A DNA stretch of 64,000 bases from Hemiscyllium ocellatum (GCF_020745735.1 NC_083409.1:10343534-10407533); one strand, 5' to 3'. Shown: positions 38,633 to 50,700, counted from the stretch's first letter. Translations and numbers: made by a program. Notes: generated by a model from the sequence alone, not told the origin.

Positions 38633-38961
38633 CTACACACATTCTGATCTCCTGATGCTCTTGCTGAGGGGAGAGGGGAGGGTCACGTGGGTGAGGGCAC
38701 AGGAGAAGCGAGCATCGGACTCCCAGTCAGACCCAGAGAGGGTCAGCAGGCTGCTGACACTGTAGGTGCTGTCCGAAGCTCGCAGGTAGTTGCTGGTCTG
38801 AACCCCGTCCGAAATGACTGCACCGTCCTTCTTCCACTGCACCTCCAGCTCATCGGGATAGAAGTGATTGGCAAGGCACACCAGGGTGGCAGTGCCCTTG
38901 GCATTGACCTGCTCCAGGGAGGGGGGCAGCAGGGTCAGCTTGGGCTGAGAGTTCTCACGGC
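38633..38961 (-). CDS. IGKC: Ig kappa constant exon ((S)RENSQPKLTLLPPS...TATLVCLANHFYPDELEVQWKKDG...FSCALTHVTLPSPLSKSIRRSECV*)
   Basis: The acceptor is ttgtctttcAG at 38963-38962, with phase matching J. The exon encodes a C1-set Ig domain with both cysteines, the Trp and the penultimate interchain Cys. TAG is at 38635-38633. Confidence 0.97.
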
Positions 38962-39584
38962 CTGAAAGACAAGAGAAACAATTTTAATCCCAGCCTTTTG
39001 AAGGTACATCAACTCTCGGAACAGTAACTGGTAAAACATTTGAACATTTGTATCCAGTACCTAGCATACCTGACAAAAGCACTGGCATTTTAAAAATTGC
39101 TTTTTGGGACGTGTACGGCACTGGCAGAGCCAGTTGCTGCCCATCCCTAACTGTCTCTGAGAACGTGATGGTGACGCAGCAGAAAGATAAGGGACAGTCC
39201 TGGACCACCATTTGAGGAATGAATGTGGGCACCTGGAAGGGCTATCAATGTGGGAGCATTTAGTGACAGTGATCGGAACTCAGTGAGATTGAGATTAGGG
39301 ATGGAAATGGAGAACCATGGAACAAGTGTACAAGTTTTATTTGGGAACAACCCATTTTACCAAACTGTGTGGTAATTTGATAAAAGAGCACTGGAACTAT
39401 CGACTTGATGGGAGATCAGTGACAGGGCAGTGGGAGGTCTCCAAGGATGAGACAAAGACAGAGATCATTCAGAATCTTTTCCCAAAAGAGTAAAAGTGGC
39501 ACTCCCAAAGAGAGAGTCTCAGCAAAGATGTGAAACTATCGATATGATGTGGAGGCTCTGGTGTCCGACTGGGGTGGACATGTT

Positions 39585-39758
39585 CAGAAGTCACATGACA
39601 CCAGGTTCCAGTCTAACAGGTTTATTTAAAATCACGAGCTTTTGAAATGATGCTCCATCTTCAGGTGAAGCGACTTCAGTGCTGAAGGAACAGAGCTCTG
39701 AAAGCTTGTGATTTGAAATAAGCCTGTTGGACTATATTCTGGTGTCATGTGACTTCTG
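39585..39758. mobile_element. Fold-back repeat of a third Penelope-related short family
   Basis: cagaagtcacatgacaccag...aacaggtttatttaaaatcacgagcttt pairs with gaaagcttgtgatttgaaataagcctgttgg...ctggtgtcatgtgacttctg. Related copies lie at ~5240-5325 and ~30800-30910. Confidence 0.7.
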
Positions 39759-39759
39759 A

Positions 39760-42700
39760 CCTCAAATGAAGCCCCGTTAGAGCACAATGAGAGAACTGTG
39801 TGCAGTTCTGGTCATCACATTGCAGGAAGGATGTGATCCCCCTGGGGACAGTGGGGGATTTTATCAGGAATGAGGAGTATTAGCTTTGAGTAATGATTGG
39901 TTTGGCTGGGACTGGTTTCTTTGGAACACAGGAGGCTGAGGGGAGATTTGATCGATGGTGTGTAAAATGATGAGGGGTCCGGATAGAGTGGGTAGGAAGA
40001 CCTGATTTCTATTGGCAGAGAGGGCAATAACCATGGGGAGAGATTGAAATGAATTGGGGGCAGGGTTCGAGGCGAGTTGAGGAATAATTGTTTTCACCCA
40101 GTGGCTGGGGGGATCAGGACCTCACTGTCTGAAAAGGTGAGAGCGGCAGAAACCCTCATCACATTAAAAAAATCACTTGGATATTCACTTGAAACACCAA
40201 AGCCTCCAGAGCTATGGAGCAAGAGCTGGTATGTGGGGTGGAGTTCGACACCTCTTTAACAAACCTCCGATCACTCACAGCTCGGGAGAACTTTATCCAA
40301 CAACATTGGAGCAGAGTTGGATAGGCACAATTCAGGAAGCAGTCACGTTGGGTGTCCATGTAGAAGGTTCTAGATTTTGTTTCAAATCTTCCAGCTCAGC
40401 AAGGTCAAATGTGAGGTTGCAAAGAGTCTCAGTGTCTTGGGATCAGACAGTGTCACTGCTCTTAATGATCCCATGCTCCCTGGAAGATGGAAGCGTGTAT
40501 CCAATGGGCAAGGGTCAGGTTCAGGAGACTCCAACCTCAAAGAAAGACTTGCATTTATGTTGCATCTGCCTCCACCTAAGGATGTCGCAGTGGCTCTTCC
40601 CATCAGACTGTGCTCAGCAAGATCCCAGAGAGCTGGGTGACAATGAGGCGAGGATCAGATTTTTAGTGATGCTCATTAGGGAATCAATATTGACCAGGAC
40701 ACCTGGAGACACCGTCCTGCTGTCTGTATAATAGAGCCATGGAATGGCAGCTCTGATATCTGAAAGGTTCCGAGTGCATCAAAAGAAAGACTTGTATGTC
40801 AGGCTCTCCCAAAGCATTTACAGAGAGTGAGGGACTTGTCTGAATACTGGTCACTGTTTAGTGCAGATAACATAATTTGTACATAGCAATTACGGAGCAT
40901 GTTCAGTGATGTTTCAGGGATAAATATTGACCTAAAGTCAACCCAAAGAGAAAGCAAATGGGTTCACTTGCACAGAACGTGAGAAAATGAAAGGCACAGT
41001 AGAAGGTGGGATTCGTGGTTAGTGATTGGTTTGATTGTTACCAGAGACTTAAAGGAAGGATCAGAATTTGTGAATGTCATATTGTAACAAGGCAATACAG
41101 AAGTGCAGGGGAACTTGACAGTAGAAATAACTTTGCGTGATAACGCATTCGGAATAAGGTAGACAGACTGATGCCACAAATTGAGGTTCCCGAGGACTTT
41201 AAAATCATTAAAGTGACGCAGGGCTCAGGAGAGGTTAACAAAGTTCCCAGAATAATTAATAGGACATAGATTATGGAAAGGATCAGAAAATTAATTTTAG
41301 GCACAGTGCATAAGGGGACAACTATGAAAAGGAAGGCAGTCAATGCAGGACTGAGGGTGTTGTACCTGAATGCAGGGAGTATCCGAAATGAGGTAAATGA
41401 GCTTGTAGCGCAGATTGGAATTGGCAGGTACGATGTTTTGAGTATCACAGGGACCTGGCTGTAAGGGGTTGTGGGCTGGGAATGAAATACTCAAGGATGC
41501 ACATCCGATTGACAGGACATGCTGATGGGCAGATGGGGGTGGGGTTACCTTCTTGGGAAGAAATGAAATTAGATCAATCACAAGAATGGATTTAGAGTTG
41601 GAATGCATTCATTCTGTGTGGGTAGAGGTGAGGAGTTGCAAGGGAGAAAGAGCATGATGAGAACTTAGCACAGGACCCCCCAGCAGCAGTCAGGATATGA
41701 GGAAGAAAATAAATCAGGGGATAGAGAAGGCCCCGCTATAATAGTCATGAGGGACTGCAATATGCAGGGAGACTGGAAAATTAAATTGTTTGGGGATCTC
41801 AAGGGAAGGAATTAATGAAATGTCTACGAGATGGTATTTGGAGCAGCTTGTGGTAGAGATCATTATAGAACAGGCAATTCTGGATTGGGTGATGTGTATT
41901 GAAGCAGACCTGATTAGGGAACTTAGGGTGAAGGAATCCCTTGGGGGCATTGACCGTAATATGACAGAATTCACCCTGCAGTTTGTGACAGGGAATCTGG
42001 AGTCAGATGTACTGGTAATGCAATTAACTTTTAGGTTTTATATTAAACACTTGTCCAATAAAAGGGGAATGGCCAGTTCTTACAGTTTGCTGTTTTTGAC
42101 AAACAATCGGTTGGAAGCTCCTGGATAAAGAAAGCTGCTGGTGAGAAAGGTTCCCCAATTCAACATTTTCCAGTGGACTCACTGTCTGAAATTCCTCTCC
42201 TGTAAGAACCCCTGTGTTTATATTTACCTTTTAACCAAGGCTATTACAGCAAATTGGAACAGCTCTTTGTCAAGTTACATTTTTTCGTCAGTTGGGTTTT
42301 CAAATAGTTAAGTTATTCTAAATTCTGTTTTCTTTTGATTGTAAATAAATTCTCTTTTCCTTCAAGCTGAGTGGTTTGACCAGTTGTATCAATCCTGGAA
42401 TATCCAGGTTACATTTGCTTCACACAATTCGAAAAGTTAAGGTCTGGGCTGCATTCTTAAAATGTTTCGAAGGATCTGGCCTGGTTCATAACAATGTCAC
42501 AGAGTCCTACAGCATGGAGACAGGCCATTTGGACCAAACTGGTCCATGCCCACCAAAATGTCCATTTACGCTAATCCTGCACTTGGCCAATATCCTTCTG
42601 AATCCTGTCCTTTGCTGTATTTGTCCAAATGCCTTTGAAATGTTATTAATGGCAACCACTTCCACTGGCAGATCATTCCATACACAAACAACCCTCTGTG

Positions 42701-45570
42701 TAAAAAGATTGCCCCTCAGGTTCCCTTTTATTCTTTCCCCTCTAACCTTAACTGATGCGCTCTAGTTCATATTCGCAAACCTTGGGGAAAAGACCGAGTG
42801 AATTCACCCTAACCATGCCTCTCATAATCTTATGAGGTCCTCCCTCAGTCTCCTACACTCTAAAGAAAAAAGTACTCTCCCTTTAACCCAAACGATTGAA
42901 TCCTGGCAAATTTCTTCTGCACTCTTTCCAGTTTAATAACATCCTTCCTGGAACAAGGTGACCAAAACTGAACACAATATTTCAAGTGTGGCTTCACCAA
43001 TGTACTGTATAGCTGCAACATAACTTCCCAATGTCTGTAGTAAATGCCCTGACTGATGAAGGGCACTGAAGAAAAAGCTCTCTTCTCTGCTCTATCTACT
43101 TGTGACTCCATTTTCAGAGAATTGCTTACCTGAATTCTAAGGACCCTCTGTTCCACTATATTCCTTAAGGCCATATCATTCACCATGAAACCCCTACCTT
43201 GCTTTAAATTTCCAAAATACAAGACTTCACATTTATCTGTATTAAACTCTATTTGTCATTTCTCGGCCCACTTCCCCAGCTGAGCAAGGTCCTGCTGCAA
43301 TTTCTGATAACTGTCCGCACTGTCCACGATGCTGCTTATTTGAGTGTCATCAGCAAACTCACTAACCATGCCTTGCACATTCTCATCCAAAACATTGTTA
43401 TAGATAACAAACAGCAATGGGCTCAGCACTGACCACTGAGGCACTCCACTAGTCACAGGCCTCCAGTACAATAAGGATTCTTCCCCATTACCCTGTGCTT
43501 TCTACCATCAAGCCAATCGTGTATCCAATTTGCCAGGTCACCTTGGATTCCATGCGATCTAACCTTCCATAACAGCCTACCATGTGGAACCTTATCAAAG
43601 GCCTCACTGAAATCCATACAGACCACGTCTACCATCCTGCCCTCATCAACCTTCCTGGTCAATTCATCAAAGTACCTTAACAAATTTGTGAGGCATATTC
43701 TCCCACTCACAAAGTCATGCTGACAACTCCTAATCAAATTCACTCTTTCCAAATGCATGTGTATCTTATCTTATCAAACAACTTACCCACCACAAATGTT
43801 AAGCTTATAATTCTCAGGCTTTTGTTTTTCAGCCCTTTTTGAACAATGGCACAGTCTTCGCTATCCTCCAGTCTTCTGGCACCTCACCTGCGGCTAACCA
43901 TGATGCTTAAATATCAGCCAGTACACCTGAACTTCAAGAGAGTTGGGAGCAGAAGTGAGTGGAGAGGGCATCACTAAGGTGGAGGGGTTGAGGCAGCTGA
44001 AAGGTCTGAAGGTGGATAAATCATTCAGACCCGATGGACTACACTCCAGAGTTCTGATGGAGATAGCTAAGGTAATTGTAGGGCCATTGGTTGTGGTCTT
44101 TCAGAAATCACTGGAGTCAGGAGTGGTCCCAGAAGACTGGAAAATAGTGAATGTAACATCCCTGTTTAAGAAAGGAGGGAGGCAGACATGGGATATTATA
44201 AGCTGGTTAGCCTGACCTCGGTCATTGGTAAGATTTTAGAGGTCCACCTAAGGGTGAGATTGAAAGTATTTGGAATCTCACCCTTAAGCCTGGTAAAATT
44301 GCAGCCTGGTAAAATTGGGCTGAGTCAGCACAGCTTCATCAAAGGGAGGCATGCCTGATAAATCTGTTAGAAATCTTTGAGGAGGTAACAAGTGAGTTAG
44401 ACAAAGGAGAGCCAGTGGATGTGATCCATTTGGATTTCCACAAGGCCTTTGACAGGGTACAATAAAGGAGACTGCTAAGTCAAATCAGAGCCCATGCTGT
44501 CAGGAGCAAGGCACTGCGAAGTGTAGAGGATTGGCTGGCAGGCACAAAGGCGAGAGTAGGGACAAAGGGATTTTTTTCTGGATGGCAGTTGGTGCTTTGT
44601 GGCAATCCACAGGGATTTGTGTTGGGACCACAACTATTCACATTATCCATTAACAATCTGGATAAGGAACTGAAGATATTGTTCATATGTTTGTAGATGA
44701 CACAAAAATTGGTGAAAGGACAGGTGGAGTTGAGGAAGTGGGGGAGATTGCAGAAGGACTTGGTCAGGCTAGGAGAATGTGCAAAGAAGTGGCAGGTGGA
44801 GTACAATGCGGGGACTTGTGAGGCTAGATACTTTGGTGGGAAGAATAGAGGCACAGACTGTTTTCTAAGTGAGGAAAGATTTCAGAAATCTGAAGCACAA
44901 AGAGAATTGGGAGTCCTTGCCTAGGTTTCTCTGAAGGTTAATGTGCAGGTTCATCATTGGCAGTTTGAAAGGCAGTTACAATGTTAGCATTAACTTTAAT
45001 GTCAGAGGTGTACTGCTGAGTTTGTATAAGTCTCTGATCAGACCGCATTTGGAATTTTGGTCTCCTTATTAAGGAAGGATGTGGTGTCATTGGTGAGGGT
45101 CCAGAGGAAAAAGTGAGAAAGAATAAGAATACTCCTGGGAATGAAGGGGTGTCATATAAAGAGTGGTTGAGGATTCTGGATCTGTACACAATTGTGTTTA
45201 GAAAGATGATGGGGGAATCTTATTGAAACTGCAGAATATTGAGAGGCCTGGAGAACATGGAGAAGGTGTTTCCACGAATAGAAGAAACTAGGGCCCGAAG
45301 GCAAAGCCTCAGAGTGAAGAATGATCCGTCAGAACTGAGATAAGGAGGCATTTCTTCAGCCACAGGGTGGTGAATCTGCGGAACTCATTGTCACAGAGGT
45401 CTATGGATGCCAAGATGTTGAGAGTATTTAAAACAGAGACAGATAGGTTCTTGATCAGTAAGGAGATCAAATGTTAAAAGGAGAATGGGGTTGAGAAACA
45501 CATCACACAAGATCAAATGGCAGAGCAGACTCTCTTCTGACTGGTCCAATTCTGCTCCTATATCTTAAGT
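39760..45570. mobile_element. Multiple CR1 fragments in the J-C intron (+ 39760-40180, + 41210-42030, - 42490-43870, + 43960-45570)
   Basis: Endonuclease (LRVLYLNAGSIRN..YDVLSITGTWL) and RT (DFSEAFDKVPHGRLL, SGVPQWSVLSPLLF, EFADDT) fragments occur on both strands. Confidence 0.85.
42030..42493 (+). mobile_element. Possible solo-LTR fragment
   Basis: This is a non-CR1 insert between CR1 pieces, with AATAAA and a terminal ...ctggttcataACA typical of LTR ends. The 5' TG boundary could not be fixed. Confidence 0.35.
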
Positions 45571-45619
45571 ATTTTGGGTTTATGTAGATGTTCCTTGAAT
45601 CCCTGGAAAACTGGAAGTA

Positions 45620-45960
45620 CGGTCACTTTGTGGTTTGCCCTGCTGCCTCACAGCGCTATGGACCCAGGTTTGATTCTAGCCTCGGGCGTCTGTCTGTGTG
45701 GAGTTTGCATGTTCTCCCTGTGCCTGCGTGGGTTTCCTCCGGGTGCTCTGGTTTCCTCCCACAGTCCAAAGCTCTGCAGGTTCGGTGAATTGGCCATGCT
45801 AAATTGCCCATAGTGCAGGTTAGGTACATTAGTCAGGAGTAAATGTAGGTTAAAAAGGTTGGGGAATGGGTCTGGGTGGGTTACTGTTCGGAGGGTCAGT
45901 GTGGACTTGATGGACCAAATGGCCTGTTTCCATACTGTAGGAATTCTGTGATTCTATGGA
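45620..45960 (+). mobile_element. HE1-type SINE
   Basis: HE1 body gtggagtttgcatgttctccctgtgcctgcgtgggtttcctccgggtgctctggtttcctcccacag. Confidence 0.85.
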
Positions 45961-46059
45961 CATTGAAAGTACTGGTTTATGAGCCCTGCTGTTGCTGTTT
46001 CTCAAAAGAACTTTGACAAAAGATAATCAGGGAGTGGTGAGAGTGAGCATCAGGCTGCA

Positions 46060-47730
46060 TGAGGGAACTGCTTGTCCTGCTTCCTGGAATACCATGAGTA
46101 CAGGAAGTGAGGTCAGTGACAGCAGTTGGAACTCCGGGTTTCGGAGCTTGAGCAGCAGCTGGTGTCAGTGAGGAGCGTCCGTGAGGCTGAGAGCTCCGTA
46201 GAGAGCACGTTTCTAGACGTGGTCACTCTGCAGTTTCAGAGTATGCAGGGAGAGAGGGAATGGGGGAGCAGCCGACAGTCCAAAAGGATCAGGCAGCTAA
46301 TACAGGAATCCACTGAGTGTATTCCACTCTCCAACCAGGATTCAGTTTGGAATCCTGATCAGAATGATGGTTCATCTGGGGAGTGCAGCCAGAGCCAAGT
46401 CCCTGCCACCATGGGGGGGCTCAGCTATACAGGGGGGGCACAAGGAAGACTGGAAGAGCGATAGTGAGAGGATATTCGAGAGTGAGGGCATCGATAGGTG
46501 TTTCTGCAGCTGCAGATGGGAATCCAGGATGGTGTGTTGTCTCCCTGGTGCCAGGGTCAAGTCTGTCACTGAGTTGCAGCAGAGCACACTGGAGGGAGAG
46601 GGGGAACAGGCAGCAGTCATGGTCCACATCGGTCCCAGTGACAGAGGGAGAAAAGGGATGTGGTCCTCCAGTCAGAATTTAGGGAGTTCCAGAGGGAATT
46701 AGCAGCAAGAGCTCAAAAGTAGGAATCTCCAAGATTACCCCCAGTGCCCCACACAACTGAGAATAGAAAGAGGAGGATAGCACAGGTGACGGTGGAACTG
46801 AAAAGACAGTCCAGGAGGAAGGGCTTTCGATTATTTTAACATTTGGGTCTGGCTTTGGGAGGAGATGGACATGTACAGACCAGACGGGTTGCTCCTGAAC
46901 AGACCTGGGACTGAGTTCCTTTGGGGTGATTTACTCGTGCTGTTGGAGAGGGTTTAAACTATCTTGGCTGGCCTGTGTGATCCAGGAGCTAATACCAGAG
47001 AGGAACACAGAGGTGCACAGAATCCTGGGAGAGATAGATAGCACCAGAATAAGGAATAGAACTTCTTACCCAGTTTCAGAGTGAGGGAGAGAGAGTAATA
47101 AATTCTAAATCAGGGTCACTGTGTAAGGATGGATCTGCACGGAGTGTTGGGAATGACACTGGGAAGGTACAGCCACAGAGTGTTAAGTGGAAATCTGATG
47201 TGTGTCTCTCACATAGGAAGATAAGATAATAAGAACATTAGAAATAGGAGCAGGAGTAGGCTATCTGACCCATCGAGGATGAGGGATGTTAGTTATGAAG
47301 ATAGACTGAAGACGTTGGGACTGTTTTCCTCAGAGAAGAGAAGGCAGAGGGGAGATTTGATCGAGAAATTCAAAATCAGGAGGGGTCTGAACAGAGTAAA
47401 CTAGGATAAAATGTTCCCACCTGAGAAAGAATTGAGAGGGAGAGGCCATGGATTGAAAATAATTAGTAAAAGAGGCAAAAGTGAGATGAGGGAAAAACAT
47501 TTTCAGCCAGTGGGTGGTTAAGGTGTTAAATGCACTGCCTGAGAGTGTGGTGGAGGCAGCTTCAATTGAAACATTCTGTAGGGAATGAGACTGTTATTTG
47601 AAAAGGAACAATGTGCAGGGTGACAGGGAGAAGGCAGGAGAATGACACTCAGTGAATTGCTCATTCGGAGAGCCGGTCCAGACAGGATGGGTGGAACGGC
47701 CTCCGTGTACACTGTAACAACTCTGTGATT
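46060..47730 (+). mobile_element. CR1 fragments including the ORF1 esterase-like region
   Basis: Translated motifs: LRVSELEQQL and RMVCCLPGARVKSV...AAVMVHIG (SGNH-type ORF1). A CR1 3' end lies at ~47270-47730. Confidence 0.8.
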
Positions 47731-47785
47731 GTGTGATTGAGCAGAGTTAAAGCTGGGGGAGGTGGGAGCTCGGTGTCTCACTGTG

Positions 47786-47812
47786 CTGCTGCTGCTGCTG
47801 CTGCTGCTGCTG
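47786..47812. repeat. (CTG)9 microsatellite in the J-C intron
   Basis: Read directly from the sequence. Confidence 0.95.
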
Positions 47813-48182
47813 AGGTCAGTGAGATCAGAGACTGGGACAGGGAGCCAGAGCTCACATCAAACTCTGCCCCGTGTCCGTCACACTGAGACTGGCAGGAGGC
47901 TACTCACTGATTTCACTCCATGCTGCAGGAATGGGACCACAGGCTGCAAATGGACAGAGCTCCTCCACATGGTGAGTAAAGCTGACTGACTTATATCTTG
48001 CTGCTTAAGCGGGGCAATAGGACGACAGAAATACAGCTGGACACCCTGTTCGACACAGTGCTCCTCAATCAACCATTTCATTCACTGCAGCTCCCCACTA
48101 ACACCTGCATCAATTCAGCATTTGTGATTTAGAAAGTTCCAGTATTGACAGGGTTAATAACGGAGGATTGAGGTTTACTTAC

Positions 48183-48217
48183 TCAGTCTGAGCTTGGTTC
48201 CTTTACCGAACGTAAGC
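48183..48217 (-). CDS. IGKJ: Ig kappa J segment (LTFGKGTKLRL)
   Basis: The segment reads G CTT ACG TTC GGT AAA GGA ACC AAG CTC AGA CTG A|GTAAGT. It contains the FGxG motif and a consensus donor. Confidence 0.97.
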
Positions 48218-48256
48218 CACAGTGAGAGCTCCCAGTGCAGAGGCTGTACAAAAACC
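48218..48256 (-). other. J recombination signal sequence, 23-bp spacer
   Basis: The minus strand reads GGTTTTTGT-acagcctctgcactgggagctct-CACTGTG, a perfect consensus with a 23-nt spacer. Confidence 0.98.
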
Positions 48257-48663
48257 TCAGCTCTCTGCTTCCCTCTGTCACTCTCACCCTCTCCCTATTT
48301 CCCAGTCTGTCGATCACTCTCACCCTCTTTTTGCCCCTGTCAGTCTCTCCCTCATTCATGTGTCTTTCTATCTCTGCCTCTAGGTTGTGAACTTTATTTT
48401 TTGTTGTTAAATCTTGCAGCTGTTCTTCACGTGTGGCCATGCAGTGTAAGGGGGAAACCTGAGGCCTTCAGTGAGCGGTGAACACCACAGAGACTGGAGT
48501 GTGTCGTGGACAGTGACAATCCCAGCATGGGGTAATTTGTTCAGTTTCATTTAGATCTAACTGTGGGATATGACAGTTCAGGCGGTGGGATTGTGTGTCC
48601 ATTATTATGCATTTTATATAACCGTGGATGTGTCAGTACAGGAGGTGATTCTGTGTGCTTTGA

Positions 48664-48691
48664 GGTTTTTGTACGGCTCTGTATCACTGTG
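48664..48691 (-). other. V recombination signal sequence, 12-bp spacer
   Basis: The minus strand reads CACAGTG-atacagagccgt-ACAAAAACC, with a perfect heptamer and nonamer. A 12-RSS on V is the kappa-type arrangement. Confidence 0.98.
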
Positions 48692-48988
48692 AAGGCAAGC
48701 TGTAATCCTGCATACAGTAATAGTCAGCGACATCCTCATTCTGAACGTTGCTGATTTTCAGAGTGAAACTGGTCCCTGATCCACTGCCGGTGAATCGATC
48801 GGAGACTCCTGTGAATTGATTTGTTGCATCATAGATCAGGAGAGAGGGTTTCTGACCTTCTCGCTGCTGGTACCAGGAAAGCTCATTGCCAACAGATTGA
48901 CTGGCCGTACAGGTAAGTGTTGCAGTCTGGCCCAGTCCCACTGACATCACCGGGGGAGACTGGGTCATGATGATGTCCCCACTGATAC
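48692..48988 (-). CDS. IGKV: Ig kappa V exon ([27 protein letters not shown]...[15 protein letters not shown]...[11 protein letters not shown])
   Basis: A polypyrimidine tract and AG acceptor lie at 48990-48989. The frame is open, with the canonical Cys, WYQQ, GSGSGT and DYYC motifs, and the exon ends at the RSS heptamer. It closely resembles shark type III (NS4/kappa) V regions as I recall them. Confidence 0.97.
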
Positions 48989-49174
48989 CTGAGGGGTCAG
49001 AGAGAAACACAGTGAAGTCACAACTGTTCCAGAAAGAGCCTGTCAAATGAGAGATTGTTGGAGACACTGAGCATTCCTCTGGTTTCAGCATTTTCCCTTC
49101 AATCACAAGTCAGTGGAATTGGAGTGAAATGGAGAGCAGCTAAAGATTCAAGGTGGAAGGAGAGAGATTTGTAC

Positions 49175-49223
49175 CTGCGGCACAGAATGCCAGGGGCCAG
49201 ATCAGCTGGATGTGTGAAATCAT
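49175..49223 (-). CDS. IGKV: Ig kappa leader exon (MISHIQLIWPLAFCAA + 1 nt)
   Basis: The minus strand reads ATG ATT TCA CAC ATC CAG CTG ATC TGG CCC CTG GCA TTC TGT GCC GCA G|GTAC. This is a hydrophobic 16-codon exon with a phase-1 GT donor, in frame with the V exon. Confidence 0.9.
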
Positions 49224-49283
49224 GGTGTGTGCTCCTGTCCCTGTGCCTGGTTCCTGATAAACTCTCCCTTCACTGGGCTCTGC

Positions 49284-49372
49284 TTTATAAAGCTACAGCC
49301 TGTGCGAGTCTGACTGGGTGTATGTAAATAGCATCAGGCAGAGAGAGCCACGTCAGCCCCTCACACTTCCTC
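49284..49372 (-). promoter_or_regulatory. V-gene promoter: TATA-like TTTATAAA (49284-49291), variant octamer ATTTACAT (49322-49329), TGACGTG (49349-49355), Ets/PU.1-like GAGGAAGTG (49364-49372)
   Basis: The motifs are read directly from the sequence. The octamer-like site is ~100 nt upstream of the ATG and ~30 nt upstream of the TATA, the canonical position for Ig light-chain promoters. Confidence 0.75.
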
Positions 49373-50339
49373 TTCTCTCTCTCTATCTCACACTCTCTGT
49401 CTCAGAGTGATTGATGTGAACAGCACTGAATGAGGCCATTTGGCCCATTGTGTCTGTGCTGCTAAAGAAAGATGTGATGACACTAATCTCATCCTCCAGC
49501 TCTTGGCCCATGACCCTGGAGGCAACAGCAACACAAGGGAATATCTAAACACTGCTCCAATGTCATGAGAGCTTGTGACTCAACCAGCCTTTCAGGCAGT
49601 GAGTTCCAGACTCCCACCACCCTCTGGGCGAAAACATTTCTCCTCAATTCTTCTCTCACTCTGCAACTCAACTGGGCCTGGACTCACTCAAGTTTATAAG
49701 GATGAAACGGAATCTGATTGAAACATATAAAATTGTAACAGGCCCGGGCAGGGAGGAGGTTCCCCTGGTTGGGGAGTCTGGAACCAGGGGACACAGTCTC
49801 AGGGAGATACGGGGTAGAACATTTAGGACTGAGATGAGGAAACATTTCTTCACTCAGAGGATGGTCAACCTGATGAATTCTCTACCACAAACGTCTGTGG
49901 GGGACAAGGAACTGAATATATTCAAGAAAAAAAGAGAGATAGTTGTTTTGCATTTTAACTGCATGAAGGAAATAGGGAGAAAGCAGAAACATAGCATTGA
50001 GAGAGAGGATCAGCCATGATCATACTGAATGACACACAAGATTCAAAGGGCTGAATGGCCTACTCCTGCTCCAAGTTTCTATGAGACCATGTCTGTGTTA
50101 CCTTCAATCTCTGTCCCTGGTTATTGAGTCCTTTACTCTTGTATAAAGTGCCTTCCTATGCAACGTATCACTGCCAACAATTATCTTATACCTCTCTATC
50201 AGGTCCCTCTCAACCTTCAATGCTCCAAGGAAAACTGCCCCAACCTTTCCAATCTTTCCTCATAGCTGACCCTCCATCCCAGGCAGCAGCCTGGGAAATC
50301 TCCTCTGCCCCCTCTCAAGTACAATCACATCCTTCCCAG

Positions 50340-50700
50340 AATGTGGTGACCAGGACCTTTCTCTCCCTCTCTCTCTTTTCCCCTATCTGTCTCACATCTG
50401 CTACTTTGATCTCTCTACATCTATCTCTCTCTCCCAATGTTAATCTCTCTCATATTCTTTCTCTCACTCTGTCTCATAGCCACTCTCTCCAACTCACTAA
50501 CGCTTCCTCACTCCGTCTCATAATCTTTCTCCATCTCTCACTCTCTCTGTCACTCGCTCCATCTCTCACTTCAATTGAAAACCTCCAAATGTTATCTGCC
50601 CCTCTCTATTTCTCCCTCTGTCTTTCCCTCCTTCTCCACATCCCACTCGACCTCTACTTCTCTTTCTCTGTCTCGCTTCTCTCTCTTTCTCACAGTGTCC
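50340..50700. repeat. CT-rich low-complexity tract
   Basis: A degenerate (CT)n run about 1 kb upstream of the V promoter. Confidence 0.85.

Larger units (their letters stand above)
38100..49329 (-). other. IGK: Complete unrearranged Ig kappa (type III/NS4-like) light-chain cluster: promoter-L-V-12RSS / 23RSS-J-intron-C-polyA
   Basis: All parts are present in order on the minus strand, with intact splice sites, RSSs and open frames. This one V-one J-one C cluster layout is the established organisation in cartilaginous fish. Confidence 0.95.

Noticed and set aside
47762-47989. Plus-strand ORF with a signal-peptide-like poly-Leu and a GTGAGT donor near 47971
   Set aside because: It starts at GTG, the Leu run is just the (CTG)9 microsatellite, it is antisense within the Ig intron, and no downstream exon was found.
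48054-48060. Perfect heptamer CACAGTG in the J-C intron (kappa-deleting-element-like intron RSS?)
   Set aside because: There is no nonamer at 12 or 23 nt. In gene orientation it reads CACTGTG. Several isolated heptamers are expected by chance in 64 kb.
48684-49106. ORF-track protein MIEGKML... as the V gene product
   Set aside because: Its N-terminus is translated intron. The real N-terminus comes from the leader exon at 49175-49223, and the C-terminus runs into the RSS.
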